The notes under the pieces: generated by a model
Told to the model about the DNA's origin: nothing
What the model saw: the letters and a program-made list of their open reading frames with translations, nothing else
Databases searched by the model: none
From: an uncultured Actinomycetota bacterium
GTDB lineage: Bacteria; Actinomycetota; Actinomycetes; Actinomycetales; Microbacteriaceae
Reading direction: 5' to 3'
Assembly (NCBI GenBank): GCA_963830655.1
Contig: CAWHND010000011.1
Coordinates: forward strand, 28,505 to 92,504
Length of the DNA stretch: 64,000 bases
Part shown: positions 1-11,015 of the stretch, one piece after another
Position numbering within the stretch: the stretch's first letter is position 1
Layout of the letters: every line of letters starts with the position of its first letter
Translations under genes and position numbers: made by a program

Positions 1-408
1 CAGTACGGCTGGGACATCGAGAAGGGCGACGATCGCCGAAGATCTGGCGCGGCGGCTGCATCATCCGCGCCCGTTCCTCAACCGCATCACCGAGGCCTAC
101 GCCGACGACCCCGGACCTGCTCGTGCTGCGTCACCGCGCCGTACTTCGCCGAGGCGCTCGGCCGCGGCGCAGGAGGCCTGGCGCCGCGTCGTCGCCGACG
201 CCGCGCACGCCGGCATCCCGGCCCCGGCGTTCTCGTCGTCGCTGTCTACTACGACGGCCTGCGCGCCGACCGCCTGCCCGCCGCGCTCGTGCAGGGCCAG
301 CGCGACTTCTTCGGCGCGCACACCTACAAGCGCATCGACAAGGACGGCACCTTCCACACCCTGTGGTCGGGCGACCGCACCGAGATCGAGGCGGTCGACA
401 CGCACTGA
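1..408 (+). CDS. gnd: 6-phosphogluconate dehydrogenase, 3' part (frameshifted)
   Basis: Manual translation gives IWRGGCIIRA ... LVQGQRDFFGAHTYKRIDKDGTFHTLWSG; TGA at 406-408. Confidence 0.92.
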   Translation, partial: QYGWDIEKGDDRRRSGAAAASSAPVPQPHHRGLRRRPRTCSCCVTAPYFAEALGRGAGGLAPRRRRRRARRHPGPGVLVVAVYYDGLRADRLPAALVQGQRDFFGAHTYKRIDKDGTFHTLWSGDRTEIEAVDTH

Positions 409-418
409 TCCCATCCTT

Positions 419-493
419 CCGAAATTCAGGAATCCGCCGCCAGAATCTCCGACAGTCTCAGGAAGAGCCGGCGCGCGGATTCCTGAGTTACGG
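419..493. repeat. Intergenic imperfect inverted repeat (19-bp arms)
   Basis: ccgaaattcaggaatccgc (419-437) pairs with gcggattcctgagttacgg (475-493), 2 mismatches. Confidence 0.75.
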
Positions 494-528
494 TGAGGCT
501 TCCTGAATCGACAGAAGAGGATCCCCTG

Positions 529-890
529 GTGAGCACGCCGGATGAACCCGAGCTCGCCGGCTACCAGCCGGGCGACGGCACTCCCCTGCGCGGACGGCGG
601 ATGCGCCGCGCGGCGCAGGTCGTCGTCGTCCTGGGTGTCGCCGGTCTGGTGCTGCCGGGGTCTGGTGACCACGGTGGCCGTCGGCACGCGCACGGCCAAC
701 GCGCTCTGCGCCAACATGGTCACGTACTACGTCGGCGAGGGCACCTCATCGGTCGCGCGCTGGGAGTTCTTCGGCCCGGGCGTCATCGGCTGGGAGTGCT
801 ACTCCGGGGGCTTCGGCGGCGAGAAGCACGTGTCGCGTCACTCGGAATGATCCCGACCTATCGCGAGATCCACCCGGCCCGCGCGGCCTG
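529..890 (+). CDS. Small membrane/secreted hypothetical protein (frameshifted)
   Basis: VSTPDEPELAGYQPGDG...VVVVLGVAGLVLPG joins WEFFGPGVIGWECY in an adjacent frame; RBS-like aagga upstream. Confidence 0.6.
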
Positions 891-959
891 AACTACGAAA
901 CTCTGGCGGGCGCGCTCGATCGGATGGCCGCTGATGGCGACGCCATAGCCCGTGAACGG

Positions 960-1958
960 TCAGGCAGCGCCGTCGAACATCGAGGTCACGGAGCCGTCAT
1001 CGAAGACCTCGTGGATCGCTCGGGCGATCAGCGGGGCGATCGGCAGGACCGTCAGCCGCTCGAAGCGCTGTCGATCGGCGAGCGGAAGCGTGTCGGTGAC
1101 GATCGACCGAGTCGATGTCGGGGTTGGCCTGCAGGAGCTCGGCGCCGGGTCGGAGAACACCGCGTGGGTCGCCGCGACGATGACCCCGACGGCGCCGTTC
1201 GCCTTCAGTGCCGCGGCGCCCGCCGCGATGGTGCGGCCCGTGTCGATCAGGTCGTCGACCAGCAGGCAGACGCGGCCCGCGCACGTCGCCGACGATCTCG
1301 TGCACCGAGACCTGGTTCGGCACCCGCGGGTCGCGGCGCTTGTGGATGATGGCGAGCGGGGCGCCGAGCTTGTCGCTCCAGATGTCGGCGACGCGCACGC
1401 GGCCCATGTCGGGCGAGACCACGGTCAGGTGTCGAGGTGTCGACGGTGCGCTGGATGTGCTCGAGCAGCACCGGCATGGCGAAGAGGTGGTCGACGGGGC
1501 CGTCGAAGAAGCCCTGGATCTGCGCGGCGTGCAGGTCGACCGACATGATCCGGTCGGCGCCGGCAGCCTTGTACAGGTCGGCGACGAGCCGAGCCGAGAT
1601 CGGCTCGCGACCGCGGTTCTTCTTGTCCTGACGCCCGTAGGGGTAGAACGGGCGAGACGACGGTGATGCGCTTGGCGGAGGCGCGCTTGAGGGCGTCGAC
1701 CATGATCAGCTGCTCCATGAGCCACTGGTTGATCGGGGCGGTGTGCGACTGGATGACGAAGGCGTCGCAGCCGCGCACGCTCTCGTCGTAGCGGGCGTAG
1801 AGCTCGCCGTTGGCGAAGGTGCGCGCGTCGGTCGGCACGACCTCGGTGTCGAGTTCGGCGGCGATGCTCGCGGCCAGCTCGGGGTGGGCACGACCGCTGA
1901 CGATGACAAGACGCTTCTCGCCGGCGATCTTGATCTCGTGCGGGATGGTCTCGCTCAA
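960..1958 (-). CDS. prs: Ribose-phosphate pyrophosphokinase, copy 1 (frameshifted)
   Basis: [47 protein letters not shown]. Confidence 0.93.
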
Positions 1959-2985
1959 CTGTTCCCGCTCTCCGCTGCCGCCCGGGCAGCATCGGTGCCC
2001 GCCCGGTTGGCGGCCACCCAGCCTTCGATGTTGCGTTGCGGGGCCACGTTGAGGGCCAAGGAGCCCGGCGGCACATCCTTGCGCACCACTGTCCCCGCCG
2101 CCGTATAGGCTCCGTCGCCAATCCTAACGGGGGCCACGAAGACGTTGTGCGAGCCCGATGCGGACGTGCGATCCGACCACTGTCCTGTGCTTGTTCACCC
2201 CGTCGTAGTTGGCCGTGATGGTGCCGGCGCCGACGTTGGATCCGGTGCCGACGGTGGTGTCGCCGATGTAGGACAGGTGGGGCACCTTGGAGCCGTCGCC
2301 GATCGTGGAGTTCTTGGTCTCGACGAAGGTGCCGATCTTGCCGTCGGCTCCGAGGACGGTGCCGGGCCGGAGGTAGGCGAAGGGGCCGACGGATGCATCC
2401 GGCGCCGATGACGGCGAGGGTCGCATCCGTCCGCTTGACGATCGCGCGCTCACCGATCTCGCAGTCGACGAGGGTGGTGTCGGGTCCGATGACGGCGCCG
2501 GTCTCGACCTTCGTCGCCCCCTTGAGCTGGGTGCCGGGGAGGATCTCGACGTCGGGTGCGAGCGTGACGGTGAGGTCGATCCAGGTGGTCGCCGGATCGA
2601 GGATGCTCACCCCCGCGAGTTGCCAGCCGCGCACGATGAGCGCATTGAGGCGCCCGGCAGCGCTTGCGAGCTGCGCACGGTCGTTGATGCCTTCCACCAT
2701 CCAGGATTGGGCAGCCGGCACGGCGCTGACCGACGAGCCCGCGGCTCGAAGAGCGGCCACGATGTCCGTCAGATACTTCTCGCCCTGCGCGTTCTCGATG
2801 GACAGGGCTGCGAGCCTGTCGCGCAGACCGGCCACGCCGAGCGCGTAGACCCCGGCGTTCACCTCGGAGACGGCGAGCTCCTCGGCCGTGCCGTCGCCCT
2901 GCTCGACGATGCGGTCGATGCCGTTGTCGTCCCCGCGGATGATGCGCCCATAGCCGGTGGGATCCGCCAGCACCGTCGTCAGCAC
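1955..2985 (-). pseudogene. glmU: 5'-truncated glmU, copy 1
   Basis: Begins at [15 protein letters not shown] and lacks the N-terminal [11 protein letters not shown] region; retains hexapeptide domain ([19 protein letters not shown]). Confidence 0.85.
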
Positions 2986-3011
2986 CGCCCCGGCTCCATG
3001 ACGGCGCGGGT

Positions 3012-4004
3012 TCAGGCAGCGCCGTCGAACATCGAGGTCACGGAGCCGTCATCGAAGACCTCGTGGATCGCGCGGGCGATCAGCGGGGCGATCGGCAGCA
3101 CCGTCAGTCGCTCGAACTTCTGCGACTCGTTGAGGGGAAGCGTGTCGGTGACGATCACCGAGTCGATGTCGGGGTTTGCCAGCAGGGTCGACGCCGGGTC
3201 CGAGAACACCGCGTGAGTCGCTGCGACGATGACCCCGACGGCGCCGTTCGCCTTCAGCGCGGCAGCGCCCGCCGCGATCGTGCGCCCCGTGTCGATCAGG
3301 TCGTCGACCAGCAAGCAGACCCGTCCCCGCACATCGCCGACGATCTCATGCACCGAGACCTGATTCGGCACCCGCGGGTCGCGGCGCTTGTGGATGATGG
3401 CGAGCGGGACGCCGAGCTTGTCGCTCCAGATGTCGGCGACGCGCACGCGACCCATGTCGGGCGAGACCACGGTCAGGTTCGAGGTGTCGACGTGTTCTGG
3501 ATGTGCTCGAGCAGCACCGGCATGGCGAACAGGTGGTCGACCGGGCCGTCGAAGAAGCCCTGGATCTGCGCGGCGTGCAGGTCGACCGACATGATCCGGT
3601 TGGCGCCCGCAGCCTTGTAGAGGTCCGCAACCAGCCGAGCGGAGATCGGCTCACGCCCGCGGTTCTTCTTGTCCTGGCGACCATACGGGATAGAAGGGCG
3701 ACACGACGGTGATCCGCTTGGCCGAGGCTCGCTTGAGGGCGTCGACCATGATCAGCTGCTCCATGAGCCACTGGTTGATCGGGGCGGTGTGCGACTGGAT
3801 GACGAAGGCGTCGCACCCGCGCACGCTCTCGTCGTAGCGGGCGTACAGCTCACCGTTGGCGAAGGTGCGCGCGTCGGTCGGCACGACCTCGGTGTCGAGT
3901 TCGGCGGCGATGCTCGCGGCCAGCTCGGGGTGAGCACGACCGCTGACGATGACAAGACGCTTCTCGCCGGCGATCTTGATCTCGTGCGGGATGGTCTCGC
4001 TCAA
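3012..4004 (-). CDS. prs: Ribose-phosphate pyrophosphokinase, copy 2 (frameshifted)
   Basis: Same motifs as copy 1, including [12 protein letters not shown]. Confidence 0.93.
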
Positions 4005-5430
4005 CTGTTCCCGCTCTCCGCTGCCGCCCGGGCAGCATCGGTGCCCGCCCTGTTGGCGGCCACCCAGCCTTCGATGTTGCGTTGCGGGGCCACGTTGAGG
4101 GCCAAGGAGCCTGGCGGCACATCCTTGCGCACCACTGTCCCCGCCGCCGTATAAGCTCCGTCGCCAATCCTAACGGGGGCCACGAATACGTTGTGCGAGC
4201 CCGAGCGGACATGCGATCCGACCACTGTCCTGTGCTTGTTCACCCCGTCGTAGTTGGCCGTGATCGTGCCGGCGCCGACGTTGGATCCGGTGCCGACCGT
4301 GGTGTCTCCGATGTAGGACAGGTGGGGCACCTTGGAGCCGTCGCCGATCGTGGAGTTCTTGGTCTCGACGAAGGTGCCGATCTTGCCGTCGGCTCCGAGG
4401 ATGGTGCCGGGCCGGAGGTAGGCGAAGGGGCCGACGGATGCATCCGGGCCGATGACGGCAAGGGTCGCGTCCGTCCGCTTGACGATCGCGCGCTCACCGA
4501 TCTCGCAGTCGACGAGGGTGGTGTCGGGTCCGATGACGGCGCCGGTCTCGACCTTCGTCGCTCCCTTGAGCTGGGTGCCAGGGAGGATCTCGACGTCGGG
4601 TGCGAGCGTCACGGCGAGATCGATCCAGGTTGTCGCCGGATCGAGGATGCGTCACCCCCGCGAGCTGCCAGCCGCGCACGATGAGCGCGTTGAGGCGCCC
4701 GGCAGCCTCTGCGAGCTGCGAACGGTCGTTGATGCCTTCCACCAGCCACGGATCGGGCAGCCGGCACGGCGCTGACCGACGAGCCCGCGGCTCGAAGAGC
4801 GGCCACGATGTCCGTCAGGTACTTCTCGCCCTGCGCGTTGTCGATCGACAGGGCTGCGAGCCTGTCGCGCAGAGCGGCCACGCCGAACACGTAGATCCCG
4901 GCGTTGACTTCGGAGACGGCGAGCTCCTCGGCCGTGCCGTCCTTCTGCTCGACGATGCGGTCGATGCCGTCGTCGGCGCCGCGGATGATGCGGCCATAGC
5001 CGGTGGGATCCGCCGAGCGCCGTGGTCAGCAGCGTCGCGGCTCCCGCCGTGCGCGGTGCGCGTCGAGCAGAGCCGGAGGGTCGTCGACGTCGAGCAGCGG
5101 CACATCGCCGTTCAGTACCAGGACATCGCCGTCGAAATCAGCCGGGAGCGCGGCGAGAGCCACCTCGACAGCGCGGCCCGTGCCAGCGATATCGTCCTGA
5201 TCGACCACGACCGCTCCGGGAAGGCGCAGCGGCGACGGCGGCGGCCACGCAGATCGCGCTCGTGACGGACGACCGCGATCGCGTGGGCAGCGGCCAGTGT
5301 CGCGTGCGGTGGCGAGCACGTGGCCGACCATGGGGATGCCCGCGATGCGGTGCAGGACCTTGGGAGTCGCGGACTTCATCCGCGTGCCCTGGCCGGCGGC
5401 GAGGATGACGATGGCGAGGCGGGCTGTCAG
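4001..5430 (-). CDS. glmU: Bifunctional UDP-GlcNAc pyrophosphorylase / glucosamine-1-P acetyltransferase, full copy (frameshifted)
   Basis: [43 protein letters not shown]. Confidence 0.93.
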
Positions 5431-5480
5431 ACTCTCGGGTTCGCTGATCCTTCGTCCGGCCTGATGTCTCCGGACCTGAG

Positions 5481-5552
5481 CTCCGCCTCCAGGATTCGAA
5501 CCTAGACCTAACAGCTCCAAAGGCTGTCGTGCTGCCGTTACACCAAGGCGGA
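5481..5552 (-). tRNA. tRNA-Gln(TTG)
   Basis: Reverse complement TCCGCCTTGGTGTAACGGCAGCACGACAGCC-TTTGGA-GCTG...GGTTCGAATCC...AGGCGGAG; usual position upstream of glmU. Confidence 0.95.
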
Positions 5553-5832
5553 TCGATCGCTCCGCGCAGTGGCGGCCGAACCCGACAAGTCTGCCACCCG
5601 CGATCCACCTGCGTCGTCCGGGTCAGTCGGCGAGGCGGGCGTGACGTGGCTGGAGCGTCCACGGCGGGTCGATCAGCGGAGGAGGCGGGTCGGATCGCGG
5701 ATCGGCGGCGGAATCGGCCACCTCTGTGCGTGTGCGGGACCTCGAGTCCGCAGATCGGCACGCACGAGGTGCGGCTCGGCACGCGGCGCACCGATGACGA
5801 GCCGCGACGTGCGCGCGTCGTAGGGTCGAGGG

Positions 5833-6039
5833 GTGCCAGGCGAGTTCGGGATCTACTTCATGATCGTCGGCGTCATCGTGCTGGGTATCGGCAACGTGCT
5901 CTACCTCCGGGGCATGCGCCGCCAGAGGACACCGCTCGGCGACGAGCGCCCACCGGTCCACTACGTCCTGGCCGGTCTGGTGATCGGCGGCATCCTCCTT
6001 CTCGTCGGCTTCGTCGTCGCCAACAACGGCTCCGCCTGA
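5833..6039 (+). CDS. Small two-TM membrane protein
   Basis: 68-aa ORF with two hydrophobic stretches. Confidence 0.6.
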   Translation: MPGEFGIYFMIVGVIVLGIGNVLYLRGMRRQRTPLGDERPPVHYVLAGLVIGGILLLVGFVVANNGSA

Positions 6040-8238
6040 CGGGTGTCACCTCGCCTACTGCAGGCGTTGCCACGGTCCCGCACGCGCCGGCGGGCACCGC
6101 GGCAACGGCTATTCGGCGTCGCGCGCGTCGAGCTCGTCCTGGACGGAGTCGCCGGGCGGCGAGCGCGCGCGACATTCCCAGGAAGAGCACCAGGATCACG
6201 ACGAGCACGAACGTCGCATTGATGACCAGCGGCACATTGATCGCGATGGGACCGGCGTAGACGACCGTCGCATCGTCGAGCGACTCCGGCGCGACTACCG
6301 CCTCGGTCGCGAGCCGCTTGTCCTCGGCGGAGAGCACCCTCGGAGCAGCGAGTGCCCGCGGAGCTGGGTCACCCGACGTCGTTTTCGCGGTCTGATCCGA
6401 TCCCGCTGGCGAAAGAGGTGCCAGGCGATGCCGCGGCTGAGGTCGATGCAGAGGCGTCTCCAGCGAGCTCGACCTGAGTGGGGCTCGAAGTCGGCGATGA
6501 GGTCGGCGTCGAGACGCGAGCTCGAAGATGGCGGCTCCGACCGTCGGCGCCACCGGGACGCTGGGGGTAACCGGATCGGTCGGTGTCGGATACGACTCGG
6601 TGTCGGATCGAGTCGGTGTCGGATCAACCGGTGTCGGATCAACCGGTGTCGGATAGACCGGCGTCGGATCAACCGGCGTCGGATCAACCGGCGTCGGATC
6701 GACTGAGCCTGCGGACATGAACTGCACGGCGTACTTGTGGGTCTCGTTGTAGTCCGCGAACCGCCATCCACGCGCTGACCCTCGACGGCCTTCACGCACT
6801 CGATGTAGCGCGAGGACGATCTTGGAGTCGGCGGCGCCGTAGCCGTCGGCAACTGCCCGGATGCGCTCGAGCATCGCGTCGCGATCACTGGTTGCGAAGA
6901 TCCGGTCGAGGTCGGCGGAGGTCGACGCCCGCAGGATCAGCGCGGAGAACTTTCCGGCAGCAGTCTCGATGGGCTTCTGCCCGCGGCGGGCTGCGCTCTC
7001 GCCGGGTTGAGCCGACGCGGAGGGCTCGGAGGCATCAGCAGCACTCGCAGCCGCTCAGCGGCCGGCTCAGCAGCAGCCGGCTCAGCAGCAGCCGACTCAG
7101 CGGGCTTCGGATCGGCTCGGTGATACGCGCATCCAGCGCATGCCACTCGAGGCTCAGGTAGAGGCTCAGCACCGTGAGGTCCAGCGCCCTGAAGTCTTCC
7201 GATTCCTCCTTCGGGGTGTATCCGAGGTCATCGAACGCGGTGCGGCAGGCGCGAACGGCCCAGCTCGCGGCCGTGTAGACGGCCCCGTTCTGCGCCTGGT
7301 CGGACGCGACGATCTGCCCGTCCACGACGTAGCGTGCCACGATCTTGTCAGCGAGCTCAGCGCCCCTGTCCGCGTCGAGGCCGTTGACTCGGCGTTCGCT
7401 GTCGAGCTCGACGACGCAACGGTCGACGACCTGCTCTGCGTCTGCCGGCTGCTCGGATACCCCCGCCTGAATGGCCGCGAGGTCCGCGACGATGAGGCCT
7501 CGAGCCTCTGGAGACATGCCGAACAGTTCCCTGCGCACCTCGTCCGGCTGCGCGAAGGCGTACAGCACCTCGGAGGCGAACTGCTCCTGCAGCGCCCTCG
7601 GCCTTGAGCCTGTCATAGGCCTCGCGCTGCTCGGCCGAGAGCAGGCTGAGCGCCTTCTCGAGCCGCGCAGCACTCTCCGAAGCGCCAGGCCCCTGCTGGG
7701 CACGCAGCTCGTCGACGGACGCGGCGCGCTCCGCGATCTGCTCGGCGAGCAGCCGATCGCGAACCGTCTCATCGGCGAAGGTCACAGCGAAGACGAGGTC
7801 GTCCTCCGCTGCGGTCCGCTCGGCCTCATCGAAGCTCTGGATCTTCTCGGCCTGCGCGGGATCCAGCCATCCGTAGGCCTGCTTGAGCGCCTCCCCATAC
7901 TCGGCCTCGGTCAGTTGCGCTGACGGGTCGGCGGGCACGGGCGCGACGACGGGAGCGCCGCGTTCGGCGGCCTCGAGGTAGATGCGCCAGGACTCGGCCC
8001 GGTACTTCACCGCGGTGAGGTCGCCCGTGTAGCTGCTCGACGAGAGAGCTGAAGCAGCTCTCGGACTCCCATCCGACCTCCGCAGCGGATGCGGGGGCGA
8101 GCGGCGCGAAGGCGATGACGGCGCCGGCGAACAGCGAGACGGCCAGTGCGCCGGCGCCAGTCCTACTCGCGAAGGCGCTATGGGCCGGGGCGCCGTGGCG
8201 TGCGCTGCGGTGCCGAGCTGCGCCGGTTCGATCGGCAT
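6040..8238 (-). CDS. Large putative secreted/surface-anchored protein (frameshifted; ends approximate)
   Basis: Signal-peptide-like ALAVSLFAGAVIAFAPLAPASA, helical acidic core, (DPTPV)n linker, C-terminal TM followed by an Arg-rich tail, spread over several frames. Confidence 0.55.
6582..6702. repeat. 15-bp coding tandem repeat (DPTPV)
   Basis: ggtgtcggatcaacc / ggcgtcggatcaacc repeated about 7 times. Confidence 0.85.
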
Positions 8239-8476
8239 TGCCTGAGATCTTCCTGGAGCTCACTGCTGTCGTCTCCCCCGAGATGCGCTGTAGCTGTATC
8301 CCCCACTCGTCCGTGCCGAAGGGGACCTGGGTACAAGCGTGTCGGCAGAAGGGGGACTCCGCGTCCCCCACTGGGAGCGCCACGCCGACGGGTGCTACCA
8401 GAAACTGAGCACTTGGGGCGCTCAGGCCGGTGGAGCCCACCAGGGTGGACGACGCTCGCGCCGCGATAATGGGCCT

Positions 8477-8974
8477 ATGACGGACCGCGATGAAGTCGAT
8501 CGCATCGTCGCGTCGTGGCGCGAGGTGCGGCCCGACCTGGACTTCAGTCCCCTGATGATCCTGTCCCGCGTGAAGCGGCTCGCCCGCCACCTCGAACGGG
8601 CGCGCAAGGCGTCCTTCGCCACAGCCGGGCTGGAGTCGTGGGAGTTCGATGTGCTCTCCGCGCTGCGCCGGTCGGGCGATCCGTTCGAGCTCAGTCCCAC
8701 GAATCTCGTGCAGCAGACGCTCGTCAGCTCGGGCACGATGACGAACCGCATCGATCGGCTCGTTCACCGCGCTCTGGTCGAGCGACGCGGAGATCCGAAG
8801 GACGGACGCGGCGTTCTCGTGCACCTCTCCCCCGAGGGCCTCAGCCGCGTCGACTCGGCCATCGAGCACCTGCTCGTGGCGGAGACGGAACTGCTCGACG
8901 GGCTCGGGCAGGGCGACCAGGCACGGATGGCCAAGCTCCTGCGCAAGCTCAGCGGCGCCTTCGACGGAGGCTGA
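8477..8974 (+). CDS. MarR-family transcriptional regulator
   Basis: DEVDRIVASW...EFDVLSALRRSG...SGTMTNRIDRL...DGRGVLVHL. Confidence 0.9.
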   Translation: MTDRDEVDRIVASWREVRPDLDFSPLMILSRVKRLARHLERARKASFATAGLESWEFDVLSALRRSGDPFELSPTNLVQQTLVSSGTMTNRIDRLVHRALVERRGDPKDGRGVLVHLSPEGLSRVDSAIEHLLVAETELLDGLGQGDQARMAKLLRKLSGAFDGG

Positions 8975-9036
8975 GTCCGCACCTCCGGCCGCCGGGCGCG
9001 ATCCGCCGAGCCGAGAACGAGGGCGCGGTGTGGGCT

Positions 9037-10851
9037 TCAGTCCTCGAGGTCGGCCGTGAGCTCGAGCCAGCGGTCTTCGAGCGTCGACTCCCGCTGATCC
9101 AGTTCGGCCAGCGATGCCTGCATCGCACCGAGGCCGGCGAAGTCGGACTGGTCGTGCGTCGCGAAGCGATCGAGCATCCCCGCACGGTCGGAGCGGAGCT
9201 TGACGAGCTTGCGCTCGATGGAGCCGACCTCCTTCTCCGCGGCGCGCCGCTCGGCTCCGGTCTGGGTGGGCCTGTTGGACCGCGCGTGGCCCGGTTCTCC
9301 GACGCTCGGCCCGGATCCGGCGCCGTCCTGGGCTTTGCGGAGCTCCAGATACTGATCGACGCCGCGGGGCAGGTGCCGGAGCTGGCCGTCCATCACCGCG
9401 TACTGCTGATCGGTGACCCGCTCCATCAGATATCGATCGTGGGAGACCACCAGCAGGGTGCCGGGCCAGGTGTCGAGGAGATCCTCCATGGCCGCGAGCA
9501 TGTCGGTGTCGAGGTCGTTCGTGGGCTCGTCGAGGATCAGGACGTTGGGCTCCTCGAGCAGGATCAGCAGCAGCTGCAGTCGTCTGCGCTGTCCGCCCGA
9601 GAGATCCTTGATGGCCGTCGAGAGCTGCGCGGTGGTGAAGCCCAGCCGCTCGAGCAGCTGTCCGGGAGTCATCTGCACGGCGTTGGAACCCGAGCCGGTC
9701 GTGTATTCGGTGCGCAGTCGGCCGACCACCGTGCTGACCCGCTCGCCGGCCACGGCGTCGAGATCGTCGAGCTGCTGGGTGAGGGTGGCGATCCGCACCG
9801 TCGTGCCGCGCTTGACTCGGCCTGCGGTCGGCTGCAGGACTCCGGTGACCAGGCCGAGCAGAGTCGACTTGCCCACGCCGTTGGCGCCCAGGATCCCGGT
9901 CCGCTCGCCGGGAGCGATCCGCCATTCGATGTCGGTCAATGTGTTCTCGCCCGTGGGGCCGCCGTAGCTGAACGACGCGTTCTCGAGATCGACGACGTCC
10001 TTGCCGAGCCGCGCGGTGGCGAGCCGGGCGAGGCCGATCGGGTCTCGGACGGGCGGCTCGTTCTCGATCAGCTGAGTGGCCGCTTCGATCCGGAACTTGG
10101 GCTTCGCGGTGCGAGCCGGCGCGCCGCGCCGCAGCCACGCCAGCTCCTTCTTCATCAGGTTCTGCCGCTTCGACTCGCTCGCGGCGGCCATCCGATCGCG
10201 CTCGACGCGCTGGAGCACGTAGGCCGCGTAGCCGCCTTCGAATTCCTCGACCGTGCGGTCGTGCACCTCCCAGGTGTCGAGGCAGACCTCGTCGAGGAAC
10301 CAGCGATCGTGGGTCACGACGATGAACGCCCCGTTGCCCGGAGTCCAGCGGCGCTTCAGGTGGTCGGCGAGCCAGGCGACGCCTTCGACATCGAGGTGGT
10401 TGGTGGGCTCGTCGAGCATGAGGACGTCCCAGTCCCCCACGAGCAGCGCTGCGAGCGAGGCCCGACGTCGCTGACCGCCGCTGAGGGAGTCGAGCTCGGC
10501 GTTCCAGTCGAGGTCCGAGACGAGACCGGCGATGACGTCGCGGATCCGCCCGTCACCCGCCCATTCGTATTCGGGAGTGTCGCCGACGATGGCTTGGGCG
10601 AGGGTGCGGTGATCGCCGAAGTCGTCGCGCTGCGCGAGCACTCCGATGCTCACTCCGCTGCGCCGGGTGACCCGTCCGGAGTTCGGCTCGATGCTTCCGG
10701 CGAGCATGCCCATCAGCGAGGACTTGCCGTCGCCATTGCGGCCGACGATGCCGATCCGGTCCCCCTCGTCGATGCCGATGGTGATGTCTTCGAGGACGAT
10801 GCGGGTGGGGTACTCGAGCGTCAGGCGCTCGGCTCCCAGTAGGTGAGCCAC
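9037..10851 (-). CDS. ABC-F family ATP-binding protein (Uup-like)
   Basis: Two Walker A motifs (GRNGDGKS, GANGVGKS), LSGGQ twice, DEPTN twice, C-terminal coiled coil. Confidence 0.93.
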   Translation of the reverse strand: MAHLLGAERLTLEYPTRIVLEDITIGIDEGDRIGIVGRNGDGKSSLMGMLAGSIEPNSGRVTRRSGVSIGVLAQRDDFGDHRTLAQAIVGDTPEYEWAGDGRIRDVIAGLVSDLDWNAELDSLSGGQRRRASLAALLVGDWDVLMLDEPTNHLDVEGVAWLADHLKRRWTPGNGAFIVVTHDRWFLDEVCLDTWEVHDRTVEEFEGGYAAYVLQRVERDRMAAASESKRQNLMKKELAWLRRGAPARTAKPKFRIEAATQLIENEPPVRDPIGLARLATARLGKDVVDLENASFSYGGPTGENTLTDIEWRIAPGERTGILGANGVGKSTLLGLVTGVLQPTAGRVKRGTTVRIATLTQQLDDLDAVAGERVSTVVGRLRTEYTTGSGSNAVQMTPGQLLERLGFTTAQLSTAIKDLSGGQRRRLQLLLILLEEPNVLILDEPTNDLDTDMLAAMEDLLDTWPGTLLVVSHDRYLMERVTDQQYAVMDGQLRHLPRGVDQYLELRKAQDGAGSGPSVGEPGHARSNRPTQTGAERRAAEKEVGSIERKLVKLRSDRAGMLDRFATHDQSDFAGLGAMQASLAELDQRESTLEDRWLELTADLED

Positions 10852-11015
10852 CCCGAAACGCTACTGCCCGCAGATGGGCGCCCGGTCCGCGGCAGAGTCC
10901 AATGCAGACTCCAGGGAGGCGCGGGGGCCTCGGTTCGCGGACGTCGTGGAAGACTGTTCGCGCCGCATCGACGCAGGCAGTTTCCGCTCTGGGAGGGCAT
11001 CGCGTGGCAGGCAGC

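Noticed and set aside
7826-10842. Long overlapping ORFs (770 aa and 775 aa)
   Set aside because: Shadow ORFs of the GC-rich MarR and ABC-F genes, with no recognisable motifs.
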